From positions 1 to 56,083 of the forward strand of contig JAQGDQ010001196.1 in NCBI GenBank assembly GCA_030141605.1: a stretch of DNA of 56,083 nt, in the 5' to 3' direction. Below are positions 27,158 to 40,577 of the stretch, one piece after another; position 1 is the first letter of the stretch; every line of letters begins with the position of its first letter. Position numbers and translations under genes: made by a program. The stretch comes from Tubiluchus corallicola. Its lineage: Eukaryota; Animalia; Priapulida. A model generated the notes under the pieces. It did no database searches. It was not told the DNA's origin and saw only the letters and a list, made by a program, of their open reading frames with translations.

Positions 27158-29037
27158 TATAGAAACTTCACACGACAATTGCCAATACCAACGCATTACC
27201 CGTTACACATTAATTTATGTAGGTACATATTTTGTGAATTGATAGTCCACATATTAAAAGATTTAAATTGAATAAAGATTAGATATGTAAACTGAACGAT
27301 TTGTATTGTGAGCAAGAATGATCTAATAATTTGAATAAATCATCTATCAAATGTAGATAGATCTCCCGAAATGTCTTGTCAAATTATATAGATCTCAATA
27401 ATTCTTTTGTCCTTGAACGAAATTTTTGTATATAGGGTATGTGTACTAACACCATTTACACATGTGTAGATGGATTGGACTAACTGTGTGACATTGAATT
27501 TAATTTTATTCTTTGGTTTAGAAAGTACATTTTGCAATATATTTTGTGCTTCTTTTTTTATTTTTAGGTACCACTGAATTTCGATGTGAAAATGTTTTTC
27601 TTGTATTTTTTTTCATTTTTTCTTTTATTTAAGTCGCTGTTGGTAGCATCTGACTAATGTTCATGATTTATGAAAGTGAAAATAAATAAAAATATGTACA
27701 TGTATGTATATGTTTATGCGCATATACACGAATGTATGTTGCTTTGCAGTCTGCTGTTGTAAGTTGTGGCAAAGTGTATACCTTTGTCTGAAGACCTCCT
27801 GTTATGTTTTGTATAACGTGAATTACTAAATGGTCTTAGCATGTGGTTACTTATAAAGTTAAGTTGTACAGGACTTTGTTAATAACTTGGTAGGTAGGCC
27901 GCCGACGGGGAAACTGGTTCTGGCTGCTTTTTTCTGTCGTGCTCAATGCTCCTCCAGCCATCCAGTTCTCTTGTTGAAAGAAGATGTATTGAATTAATTT
28001 ATGTAGTAAGTTTTTTGGTACGCCAGCAGTTCGGTGTTTCTTAGACGATTATCTTAGATAATGAGCAACGTTCCGGTCCCACTACAGTCACCATCATTAA
28101 CACGCTTGGCTTTAAGTGCTGGGTGCCAGGTTGCTGTATGGTTGTCTGCATGAGAAACTGGATTTGCATATGTTTAATGTATAATATATATGCTATATAC
28201 GTATGAACGTGCAGTATGTTTACAGTCTCTCTATTTTTAATCAGTGCAGCTTGTGCAGAATAGGTTTCGGCAGCAGAATTCATTCATTACAGGTAATACA
28301 GTTTATTACACCTGTCCAGGGGCGTATCAACACTTTACGACGCCCTAGGCTGATAATTGTGTCCCGTTCATGTCTATTGTGAATTTAGGTTTGTTCATGT
28401 AATGAGCAAATTAAATAATTACTTGTGGTGTATTAAGAAACACTATTAACCTAGTTTCTACGTGGTCATTATTAATATTTGCATCGTGCTTATTTTCAAG
28501 TAGGCTGCGCAACTGCTTTTGTGTAATACCTTAGGCCTGTTCGTTATATAAAAGCTGTCATCAATAACTGCCTGTGGTGTGTTATAAAATGCACCCTTTA
28601 CATGAATTTGCAAGTATGCACATTTTCCGAGGAGAGTAAGAGTTTTTCTAAAATATGATATATAGCGATGCTATAGCGGCTAGCCTAGTTAGTCTATTGG
28701 TTAATATGCCCCTGCACCTGTTGATCAACTCACCAATTGCAAATACAGTTTCCTAATAGGGGTACCTTAAAGAAAAAGCCACGCTTCCTGCAAAGGTAGG
28801 CTTATTTGAGTGCTTGCGAAAAATGTTAGAAGGATTTAGTAACAAAAGTGCGATGAGCACCCCGTGTGACGTCACTGAAGTCACGTTCGTTTCACGTTTG
28901 TGCGCTCCCGTTCTTCCGCCAATGACGTTCATCGGCTGAAGAAAAGCAGCACCTTGCCAATTTCCATCAAAAGTACAAGTTTTTGCAAAAAAATAGATAC
29001 GCCACTTTTGTGATATTTTTATATGAACGTTAGGCAA

Positions 29038-29253
29038 ACTGCAGAAGTTTGAAACAGTTTAAGCAACACACACGAAAAATCACGAAGTATGCCGGTATTG
29101 TCATAATTTTCAAGAACATGGCGGCTACCACCACAATGGAAAATTGCAGAAGTGTGAAACAGTTTAAGCAACACACACTTATGAAAAATCATGGAGTATG
29201 CCGGTAATGTCATAGTTTTTGAAGAACATGGCGGCTACCACCACGATGGAAAG
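29038..29253. repeat. ~107-bp direct repeat, 2 copies
   Basis: tgcagaagt.tgaaacagtttaagcaacacacac...agaacatggcggctaccaccac occurs twice. Confidence 0.85.
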
Positions 29254-29830
29254 TTTCTAGATATAGTGGTAGCATAAATTAACCTTGTGCTTTATAAACA
29301 GTTTTTTGCAAATATCTGTGTTGTATTTTTCTACATGATAACGACAATGCCAAATGAGTTGTCCTGTTCTCTAAATGTAGTTGACCTTTTAAATGGCTGC
29401 CAGCTAACCAGAAATGCATTTCCAGAGTGAATTGCCTAATGTCTAGTCAGCTGTGGTGATGAATTCCCACAGCATTGTACAATGCACATTCATATCTGCT
29501 ATAGTCACGCATTTGGTGAAAATCGTTAGTTACTAACATGTCATTTAGCCTGTCCATTATTTTCATGCTTCGTTTGCCTGCAGCGTCCATCAAGTTTGGC
29601 TTCTTCTTACGTCACGCAGGTTGTGGGCGGCTGAATGGCTTCAATTGGTTCCCAGTTTATTATCCGTCCTGTTTGGTTGAGATAAGAAGATTATCCAGTG
29701 AAATCGCGTCGAATTTTACCGCTTTTGATATGGCGGTTGAAAGCAAATCGGTGTCCACAGGGAAGTGATGTGCAGCATCGCGTGCAGTGTGATTAAACTG
29801 TACACGACTGTGTTTCTTAAAATCATTTCC

Positions 29831-30332
<502 letters not shown>

Positions 30333-31632
30333 AGGTTTATTTATATACAAAAACTACAGCTAAAGAAACTGAATAAGTTCAATTTGCAATTAAAAGACAT
30401 AAACTGTAGACGATAAAATGATAAAAGTATACTAAGATCACACAAAATGCAATACTGATAGTACAACATAAATCGATAAAAAATATACCAGGACGTAATA
30501 AAGTTCGCTAAAAATGTATTAAAAGCTAAACGTGTCAACTCATTTGCCTTTTCATATATATATGGTATAGGTGAATAGAACTCGTAGTTTGTTTTACTCG
30601 CTTGTACTCTATACGAAGAGACTTAAATGAAAGTTAACATGATCTTGGCGAATAAGTAGATTCGTTTTAGGTTTTTTTTTTATTTTTTAATAAAGGTTTG
30701 TTGTTTGCTGTGGTGAGGATCTTAAATCGTGCTTTAAAATTGTCTAATCCTATCCTGTAATAACTTATGTTTAAACTAAACAATAATAAACTATTAATAA
30801 TAATGATCATAATAATAAACTAATAACAAGTCTTCATTAAAAAAGTTTATTGCTAGGAAAGGGTTTATTAAAATTTAAAAGGAAAAAATTGTTAGTTTGT
30901 ACACTGCTAAAAATTTTAGGACTGTTAGCTAGGATCTCATGAGGTAAAGCTGTTCATTAAAGCTGTTAAGATTGGCTAGTTTACTGAAAAACAGATGTTT
31001 ACAAATGCCAAGACACAGTTACTCTTTAAGATGTCTTAACTTTAGCTTTCTACGGTCAAATTTAAGAACTTTGTTAAAATACTAGACATTATGGCCAAAT
31101 CTGCTGATGTTAACCCCACAGATGACTCGAGTTGCTGATCTATAGCCTCAAGTCAAAAAACTAGTGTGATTTATGGAGTTCAGTTCAAATATGTAAACCG
31201 TTATGTGCAGGTGGTACAGGTGTCAGGTCATACTACTACTACTACGATTATTTTTTTTTAAATTTCCATAATCTAAAAATGTAATTTTTGAAACTCATTT
31301 ATCTTTGTATGTTGAAGAACATTTCTAGAACGTTTGTTGTCAATAAGGCAGCTTTATAGAGGCAATTTGCAACAGTTCTGCTGTTAATAACATGATTTTT
31401 TAATTAAACATTTGAAGTTTCTAAACCTCGTGACTCAGGAGCACCAATTCGGCATGACTGTACATCTGTATGCTGTTCAATCAACAGGTACTGTCAACCC
31501 TAACTATAATGGGTCCCACGGGAACAATTGGCCTATTTCTACTGTTGAGTTTAATAGTGTATTCTGATTACAATGGGTAAATCCACTATTGACAGGGGTG
31601 AAGACTGGGGTACCTCTGGTCAGCGTATGGTT

Positions 31633-31720
31633 GCATTATCACGTGACTTCCAGAACACTCTTGTACTCTCACCTTCCTGCAAACAGTTTATAACATATTT
31701 ACAATATAGATGAACGTACA

Positions 31721-31770
<50 letters not shown>

Positions 31771-32428
31771 AGACACAATGAAGTATGTGTCTATTATATA
31801 TATATATATATACAAGTGTCTATTATATATATATATATATAAGTGTACGTTCATCTATATTGTAACTATGTTACAGTGGACTCTCGTTAGAAGAATCACA
31901 CGTGTAAGAATCAGCTCGATATAAGAATGAAAATCGCGTTTCCCGAATTGAATCGGCATTTTCCTAGTGAAAATCCGCTCGTATAAGAATCACCCTTCTT
32001 TCGATAGTAGAATCAATTTTGGCGCCAACTCCATTGTCTCTCACGCCCTGCTGACAAGGTTCTGCGCAGTGGGCGTGGCGGAAAAAAATTTATGTGCATT
32101 AAAATTTTTTTAGGCAATTCTGGCATCATGAAATATCTACCCAACCATGAAATGAAAACATTAGTCTAGTAATTTTTAGGTCCTTTTTAGGCCAGAAAAA
32201 CATTATGCTGTTTCATGTCGTTTCTAGCGTAATTTCCGGAAATAAATAATTTTTATGTGCATAAAATTTTTTTAAAGCAATTCTGTGTCATGCTCGTTAT
32301 AAGAATCGCTTGTTATAAGAATCACTTTGCCTTCTCCCGAGGTGATTCTTATAACGAGAGTCCACTGTATAAACTATTTACAGGCAGGTGAGAGTATAAA
32401 GAGTGTTCTGGAAGTCACGTGATAATGC
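31633..32428. repeat. (TA)n-centred fold-back with ~95-bp unique arms, right arm split by a MITE
   Basis: gcattatcacgtgacttccagaacactct...gatgaacgtacactta pairs with 31840-31873 plus 32368-32428. Confidence 0.88.
31874..32367. mobile_element. Tigger/pogo-like MITE
   Basis: TIRs cagtggactctcgttagaagaatcac / gtgattcttataacgagagtccactg; TA target duplication. Confidence 0.92.
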
Positions 32429-32455
32429 TTCACGTGACTGTCGAACGTGATGCAT

Positions 32456-32502
<47 letters not shown>

Positions 32503-32515
32503 CACACTTATATAT

Positions 32516-32570
<55 letters not shown>

Positions 32571-32594
32571 TGTGTGTGTATATATAAGTATTTA

Positions 32595-32626
<32 letters not shown>

Positions 32627-33285
32627 AAGACAGACACATAAATTGTGCTTATTCTGTCATATTTGGGCTTTACCGGTTGTTTTTTCGCTTTTTTCTAAAA
32701 ACAAGTTCCGTAAACGTGTCACCAGGTTATTCTGGGTTATCGGTTATGACGAACTGCTTTCCTGCTTATAACGAGAGTGTAATCATCAATAGGGCTTCTA
32801 TACTTCAAAAATGTATTTGCTTTAGTATATGATTAATCACAGCTCCATCTGCTGATAGTATTCCTCACTAAATTGCTGGCTATTCTGTGAAGCACAGTGT
32901 GCTAATAACGTGTTACTAATTTGCGCAGAATTTCGTATTTTTCTAGTGCAGTTGTGAAATCATCACTCGATCATGATTTGTTGTTTTCCATTTTCAAAAA
33001 CTTGTATAGTATAATAATATTTTTATCACTTCCCACTCGTATTTATATTTGTATATATTGTAATATTGTATCTGTAAATATTGTAATTTTTTTCGTAACT
33101 AATTCCAGTGGCCTACCATAACCTAGCTTCTTAGGTCTCTAGCGCAGTATTCATGAATTGTATCATATTTTTGTATTAACAAAACCTGATTATCGTGCAG
33201 ATGTATATGTATATGTTTATTGCGAAATAAATCTATTAAAATCTAAAATCTAAATGTTCATTCTTGGAATTGTTCTGTGTTTCAG

Positions 33286-33390
33286 AAGGGGCAGCCAAGC
33301 TAAAGTTGTTACTTAGTTTTGCGGTGGGCGGATTGCTGGGCGACGTGTTTCTCCACCTTCTACCCGAAGCCTATGCACACGTGGAGGAGG
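33286..33390 (+). CDS. SLC39A13: ZIP13-like coding exon 2 (TM2)
   Basis: ttcag|..|gtacg; EGAAKLKLLLSFAVGGLLGDVFLHLLPEAYAHVEE carries the LIV-1 LGDxFLHLLP motif. Confidence 0.96.
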
Positions 33391-33431
33391 GTACGTTGTT
33401 GTAGTTTACCATGCTTCACCAATTTCATGTA

Positions 33432-33914
33432 CCGTATTTTCCCATGTATAAGAGACCCTTGTGTATAAGAGACCCCTTCAATTTTTAGGCAAAATTTCTG
33501 GAAAAAAGTTTTTTGGTAACGAATAACTTTATTCATCATAGAAATCATTAAATTCCTCATCACTCTCATCAAAAATATCAACTGGAGTCAGACCTTCAGC
33601 AATTCCAGCCAGTTCATCATCAGAGGAGTCACTCTGCTCAAAAATGGCATTGTCCTCTTTTGACATTTAAAAAAATAATAACTTACCCGGTACATTAATT
33701 TTATCATTAGAATTTAGCCATGGAGAAGATTTATTGAAAGGAAACTATAATTATTCGAAATAAAACAGTTGTAGAGCTCTTATTTCTTTAAAATCATTGG
33801 TGTCACAATTTATGCATCTTATTGAAAAGACTTACTCCCATGTATAAGAGACCCCTTATTTTTAAAGTGAAAATTCTGAGCAAAAAAGGGTCTCTTATAC
33901 ACGGGAAAATACGG
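33432..33914 (-). mobile_element. pogo-like MITE retaining an acidic transposase-tail-like remnant
   Basis: TIRs ccgtattttcccatgtataagagaccc / gggtctcttatacacgggaaaatacgg; TA duplication; 33529-33666(-) reads MSKEDNAIFEQSDSSDDE...DIFDESDEEFNDFYDE*. Confidence 0.9.
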
Positions 33915-33923
33915 TACATAGCA

Positions 33924-34299
33924 CAGTGGTTGTCTTCAACCTTTTTTAATGTCGTCCACCCCTAGTGGTGATTAAGTAGAAGCTGTCCACCCCCCCCCCC
34001 CACCCCGAAAAAGTCTCATTAAAAATCTCACGTTTTTAATATTTCAAATCTTCGTTTCATATCTCATTTCGATGACTACGTAAACAGAAAAAAGCAGTAT
34101 CTCTTATTTTTTATTTAACTTTTACATATTCATCCATATATTTACACGCCTCATCTCAAACTAAGAGGCTCAAAATACACAAGATAGCATTAAGCGTGCC
34201 ATTTAGATGCATTTTCCTTCACTAAAGTAAAATTGCGAGGTGGCAACCTCGATGTCACAATAGGTAAATATGTATTTGTAATATGTATTTTAAGAAATA

Positions 34300-34349
<50 letters not shown>

Positions 34350-34470
34350 TCTCTTGTATATTGTACAGACATGTGCAGGTGAGGATCTTATCCACCCTAG
34401 ACAGCTGTTCACCCCTCACTTAATCTCGTCCACTATAAGGTGGACTGTGCACCCAGGTTGAATAGCACTG
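33924..34470. mobile_element. hAT MITE containing a (GA)n tract
   Basis: Ends cagtggttgtcttcaacc / ggttgaatagcactg; 8-bp flanks acatagca / tcatagca (7/8). Confidence 0.75.
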
Positions 34471-35136
34471 TCATAGCACAATGAAGTAGGTTTCTTCTGC
34501 CATTAGTTTTCTGAAAGGCTGTTTCTCTTTTTGAGGCAAAATGTACACTTGAAGTTCTGAACACTTACTATCTCATTTTGCAAGATTAAACTATATTGCG
34601 CTAGGTACCGGACGTGCCACAGTCCTTTAATATAGTATGGCATAGTAACAGGCCATAGGCATATTAGTAAGTAATACTAGTCATACTAGTAATACATAGC
34701 CATACTAGTAATAGGCATTGTGTTAACAAAGCAAGCAATGCATAGCATGGTTGGTAAATGGATGGGTGACCATCTGCGATTTATTTCTAATGGTTTCATT
34801 TGCCAAGGTGTTTCCGGCTTTTAGTTGATGTATATATGCACTATCAAATATGGTTGAGACATTCTCTCTCTGCTGATTGAGATTCCCTTCTAGTCAATTA
34901 TTGGGCTTCAGTCTTGCAACTGTAGGCTTTGCCAAGTGCTGTTTAATACCGGCTTTTGATATGTCGAACGGAAAGAAAATAGTTCCTCATCTTTGGTGTA
35001 ATTAACGATTTGTGTAATATTATGCCACTTGCGTAAGCTTGCCTAACAGAAAGCAATGCGTATTTGAGAGATTTTGACACCAGATGTCACTGCGGCATAA
35101 TGGGAACAAAAAACTATTGAATCTTCGGTCTGCTGC

Positions 35137-35172
<36 letters not shown>

Positions 35173-35670
35173 GTTAGATGTTTTGTGTATGTGTTACGCT
35201 AGCATTTTGACAAGCTGTGTTTTTTTTGTCTATGGTGCATAATTTCTGTGCCTAATTTTTTGACAAATTGTTTTATTTTCAGTTGAGTTGCGTTTACTTT
35301 ATAAAATTTCATATAAAATTTATAAAATTTTATTTTGTTTCATATAATTTTTTGCTATAAGTTAAATTCCGTTTTGCATTGCTTGTGAAAACTTCTTTTT
35401 ATTCTGAGTGGAATTGCATTTTTGCTTTGAGTAGATTTTTGTTGCGTTTGCCTTTTATATATACACAACCACCTAAAAAATGTCATGAGCCTGTAAGTAA
35501 ACTTGTATTTTTAATAAGGGGCAGCTGACCAAGTGACCAATAGGTCTTTCGCTGCTCCTTCTCAGCTGCACTGAAATGTAAAAATAATTATGACGAATTT
35601 TAACTGCTGTTGATAAAATAAAATAAAATTGAATTCTGCGCGTGTACGTTCACTTGTTTTCTTCTTTCAG

Positions 35671-35777
35671 CACCCGACGCTCATGTTGCTCACGGAAAAA
35701 TTGGATTGTGGGTAATTGCCGGTATCTTGTCGTTCATATTGATGGAAAAGATCTTCAGCAAAGACGACATTGGCGAG
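35671..35777 (+). CDS. SLC39A13: ZIP13-like coding exon 3 (TM3)
   Basis: ttcag|..|gtaat; APDAHVAHGKIGLWVIAGILSFILMEKIFSKDDIGE. Confidence 0.95.
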
Positions 35778-35952
35778 GTAATTAATTTTATGCCACGCTA
35801 TTTTCGTGTGTGGAAAGTGTTGCTTGTTAATGATGGTGGATGACATGATATGACTGCACAGTTTAATAGTTTTGTCCTTTATTTTTTATAATGAATGTAT
35901 TGCATGTTTCTAACTTGCTAAAAACATGTATTTCCTGGGGATGGGGGTCATT

Positions 35953-36500
35953 CTTACTTACTTACTTGCTTACTTGTTACCCCCACCAGGTGGAGGTAGG
36001 CCAGCACAGGTAGCATCCCGAACCATCGCACGCCACTGCTTTCGGTCCTCGCAGTACGACGGCAGCTCTGTGAGATCATCGGAAACTTGGTGGCAGCGGT
36101 CCAGCCCAAGAGGAGACACAATATCGCGCTTGATTTGATGCCAGAGATGCTTTTGTTGACCTCCTCTGCGGCGCTTCCACGTGCCCGCGGCGTGCTGCTG
36201 CCACCGGCGCCGGCTCGAACATGGAGATGAACGGTAGGCGGGACCGGGCCATTCGAGCGCCGTGCCCCAGATATTCTAGACGGCGATGTGTCGACGAGAC
36301 CCGCACGTCTGTAGACCTCGGCGTTCATATGATCCGAATAGCTGATGCCGAGAACGCGCCTTAGCAATTTGGTTTCGAACGAGTTAAGACGTCTTTCGTC
36401 CTCCGCTAGGATAGTCCAGGTTTCGCTGCCGTACATCAGCGTGGATAGAACGCTGGCTTTGAACGCGCGGAGTTTAGTCTCATTCTCCACCAGAAAGAGA
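35953..36500 (-). mobile_element. RTE-clade LINE 3' fragment, frameshifted, with (TAAG)n tail
   Basis: KLRAFKASVLSTLMYGSETWT...LNSFETKLLRRVLGISYSDH is typical of the RTE region after the RT domain; 5' end is cut near a MITE. Confidence 0.88.
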
Positions 36501-36537
36501 CATTCGAATCAAATTCGTGACTTTTGAAATCAAATTA

Positions 36538-36965
36538 CCGTATATACTCGCATATAAGCCGAATTTAGAACTATAAAATACAATACTGAAATCAGGGGGT
36601 CGGCTTATATGCGCATGAAACAAAATGAACACAAGGACAGACACTAATGCCAATTTTTCAGCCACACATTTTCATCGCTATCTGACTCTTTATTTGGTTG
36701 TGTGTCACCCAATGTATAATTTCTTCTAGTATGTAACATAAAAGTAAGCATTTTACATCTTTATAGTAAAAAATTTCTATGAACCAAAAATACCCAATTA
36801 ACAAAATGTGACAAAAAGGGATCAATTTTGTTGATTGGGTATGGAGTAAAATTAGACAAGTTGATGGTCGGCTTATATACGGGTTTTTGCAAAAACTGGC
36901 CATTTTAAAGCACTTTTAGGGGGTCGGCTTATATGCGATGTAGGCTTATATGCGAGTATATACGG
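36538..36965. mobile_element. pogo-like MITE
   Basis: TIRs ccgtatatactcgcatataagcc / ggcttatatgcgagtatatacgg; TA duplication. Confidence 0.93.
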
Positions 36966-37088
36966 TAAACAGAATTTCGGCATTTTCAAATGCCCCTTTT
37001 CACTCATTTTTAAATATTTTCGAAATAAATTTTCAAATCGCTAATAAAATGTGATCTGACAAAGGTCACGTGATTTTGTTCTGCGGAA

Positions 37089-37583
37089 CCTAGCCACTGG
37101 GGGGGGGGGGGCAAGCCAGCCCAACTCAGTGCCGGTCCCAAGCCCGGATAAATAGGGAGGGTTAGGGTCAGGAAGGGCATCCGCCTGTAAAAACTGCGCC
37201 AAAACCTTCCATGAATGAGTCGGTGAGACTTAAAGGGAAAGTCCACAAAGAACTGGTCAGACCCGCTCTAATCTATGGGCTGGAAGGAGCTTCTCTAAAG
37301 AAGACCGAAGAGAAGAAAATGGGTGTGGTGGAGATGAGGATGTTGAGATGAATGGTGGGAATAACAAGAAGAGATCAAATTAGAAATAATAATATCAGAG
37401 GAACAGTAAAAGTAGTGGAAGCCTCGCAAGATTGCGATGGTATATGGACAACTGAAAAGAAGAGTGGGTGAAAATCATGTGGGAAGGGAAGACATAAATG
37501 AAGAGATGGTCAACAACAGGAATGCGTGGAGAAGACTCGTTCGCAACGGCGACACCGAATAGGGAAAAGCTGGGAAGAAGAAG
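37089..37583 (+). mobile_element. Internally deleted (bipartite) RTE element
   Basis: RTE-type 5' segment gccggtcccaagcccggataaa...ggaagggcatccgcctgtaaaa fused to RLKGKVHKELVRPALIYGLE...EMRMLR*MVGITRRDQIRN and a (GAA)n tail. Confidence 0.82.
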
Positions 37584-37813
37584 TTCTGCGGTAAAAACAC
37601 TAATAACTTGTTTAGCAATTGTGCACAGAAATTGCAGTTAGCTGTGCTGATTGTGCAATGTTTCAATTGTTTTAATGACAAAGAACTTTTGTAGATAAAA
37701 TGTTGAATTAAAATGAAGCCTAGAATTTTAGGTTCAAATTGCATTCTAACATTTGAGCTTCCCTTATACGAAAATAAGGACAGTTACTGCCAATCCAACA
37801 GAGTCTCACTTAA

Positions 37814-38253
37814 CCCTTTCATACCCGTTGTATCCCGTGGGATACGAGAATATTTTCTGCCTTTAAAATTAATAAAATTTTAAAACTGACAGTTACTTGA
37901 TCTGTTAATAGTTATTTTGATTTAAGCCAATAACAAGCGACTAAAAATGGTGATAAAATGGCAAACTAGAAAATCTACATAGCATAAAAAACTGCGCAAG
38001 GTACAGTACTTTAGAGACGACTTTGTACAGATCAGCATAGCATGCATACTAAATGTCTTAAATACTTAAATGTCTTAAAAACACATTTTTTGCTTCCATT
38101 GAATCCCAATGTATCCCGTGGGATACAGGCTATATTTAGCACGCGGGCACAGGTAGAAAAAATAATTATGTGTAAGCAAGATGGACATACTGGACAAAAG
38201 TACCAAGCCAAAAAATTTTTTCTTATTAAAAAAATAATTTGGGACTGAAAGGG
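37814..38253. mobile_element. piggyBac-like MITE
   Basis: TTAA|ccctttca...tgaaaggg|TTAA; three copies in the window. Confidence 0.9.
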
Positions 38254-39109
38254 TTAATGATGACTATGAATATCCATACTCGTTAAGGAAAATCCGATTG
38301 TGTAGACATTAGTTAAAAATAAAGTATGGTCTAAAATATCCGAAAATTTTAACTGCTTTTTTCTAAACTGAAGTTTAGATTAAATAGTAATTACTTTGGA
38401 TAGTTAAATTTTGTTAAACTTTCAAAGCTACATGCGACTCAGACTAAGAATGGTAATTGTGCCTTTTGAAAAGCATTCGTGTGGCCGTCAAATAGGCGCG
38501 GTACCATGATAACCATGATCTTGAACTGCTGTGTTGGTCTGTGACGTAGAGCTCATTTTCGTGACATCACATCAGCGTCCGTTCCGTCTTATAGCAGTCT
38601 TCGCTTACACAAATGTGCTCGACGGGGAGATGCCTACCATTGCACAAACTGTGGTTAGTTTGTGATGTAAGCGATAGCTGTGTTCAGTTGCCGTTAATTA
38701 GCTTTCTAAAGAAATTATTCAAATATTAGAAAAAACTGCTAACTGTTATATAGGCAAGAAAACGTTTATTTTGCACAGTAAATTAAAATGAAATTGGATG
38801 TAATCAATCGTCCGGTTTTCCTTTAAAATGATTTTAAAGCAAACGGAACATTACGTGTTACCTGAGGCAGTAGGCCATCTTTATAGCTTACCATTATATT
38901 GTAATGTAATGTCATAAAAGTCATTCAAAAAGCGTATTAAGGTAAGACAATTGTCAAGCGTAATTGTATTACATGCGAAATGTCTCTTGAATGTCATTGG
39001 CCATTGTTTGGCTGCCGGCATATTTATTTAGTTACAGTTGAATTGAGAATAACAGGTTAAAGAGTTTCATTGACTGTCGAAATAGTTGCCTGGTCACATT
39101 ACATGCGTA

Positions 39110-39312
39110 GCAACTGAAGTTTGGCACTCTTGTGTGTGGTTAGTAATTGGATTGGTGTCCACCTGGTCTGGCACTATTAAGAAAGCTACTTCTGTGAGGT
39201 TTCATCTGCCATCAGTTTTCTAAAGAGCTGTTTCTCGTATTGATGGAAAATGTTCACTTGAAGTCCCGAACTCTTGGGTGTGGTTAGCAAGTGGATGGGT
39301 GACCACCTGGCC
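39110..39312 (+). mobile_element. 5S rRNA-derived (SINE3-like) fragments; another at ~34725-34777
   Basis: tggttagcaagtggatgggtgaccacctgg resembles the 5S internal control region TGGTTAGTACTTGGATGGGAGACCGCCTGG. Confidence 0.55.
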
Positions 39313-40036
39313 TGGCACTGTCAGGAAAACTGCTTCTAGAAGATTTCATCAGTTTTCTAAAAGGCTGTCTTGCTCATTCAGGGAAAATATAGACACATTT
39401 GCCACTTTACTATCTCATTTTACAAATTAAATAGTAAAAGTAAGTAAAAAAATTTATTTGTACAAAATAAACATAAACAAAAGCTAAAAACTAAAATAAA
39501 GATGGAAAAAAGACGGGGTGGTGAAAAGACCAAGGGTCACCAAGTCAACCACCCCTATCCAAACTGAAGAAAATTAACTGACCTGTCAAGTAAGGTATGT
39601 ACAAATGAAAATAATCAGCAACTTAACAAAATAAAAAAATAATAAATGAGGCAACAAGTTCAAATGAGTTTAAATTTAGAAACAGTAAATAAGTTTGGCA
39701 ATGAGAAGAGACAAAATGATCATGTTTTAAGTACCGGACCTGCCACAGCTCTTGTGTAAAGTTCTGAATACGAGTTTGCAGCAGACATATAATAGAAATA
39801 CGCCGTTTTGTACTTGCTGCCTGCTTCCGGTTCTGCTAATGTCATTAGCGTTTAAATATCTCATTCAATCATTGTCACTCATGGTTGGCAGGACATCTTG
39901 CCTCTGGCTTACGAAATGATACCTGGGATCATTGACATCACGATCTTGCTGTGCATTTTGAACATGCGATGTGTTTAATATCGTGTTTGTGTTTGTAATA
40001 TCGTGTTTACACGTATATTCGTAGTCTCTTTATATA

Positions 40037-40577
40037 GGTTTTACATGTCAAATGTAGACCTGCGTTAACTCATATGTAGATTTAGGTAATTCAAATGTGT
40101 CTTGGTAGCTGCAATGTAGACTAAGGTGGTTCAAATGTGTTAACAATAGTTTTCAACAAATCTTAATTGGCTGAAATAAAGCGTCTTCTTGCAGATGTTA
40201 GAGAAAATCTTCTAGTGCAGAATCACGGTCAGAGAATGGCAATATTAGCTCAATTGGCAGAACAGTCTGTTAATATCATAACGGCCGCAGATGCAGGCCA
40301 TTTTGTAATTTGCACTTAAATGAGTTACTACCGATTTATTCAAAGTACCACACTACATTTGAATTACCTAAGTCACATTTGAGTTACCAAAACACATTCG
40401 GAATTCGTATGTATACATTTGACTTACCTAAGTCACATTTGAGTTACCAAAACACATTCGAAATTCCTATGTCTACATTTGACTTACCTAAGTCACATCT
40501 GAACTTTCGTATGTCTACATTTGACTTACCTAAGTCACATTTGAACTTTCCCGTGTCTACATTTGACTTGTAAAACC
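40037..40577. mobile_element. Unclassified MITE with TATA flanks
   Basis: TIRs ggttttacatgtcaaatgtagac / gtctacatttgacttgtaaaacc; ACATTTGA recurs about every 20 bp near the ends. Confidence 0.87.
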
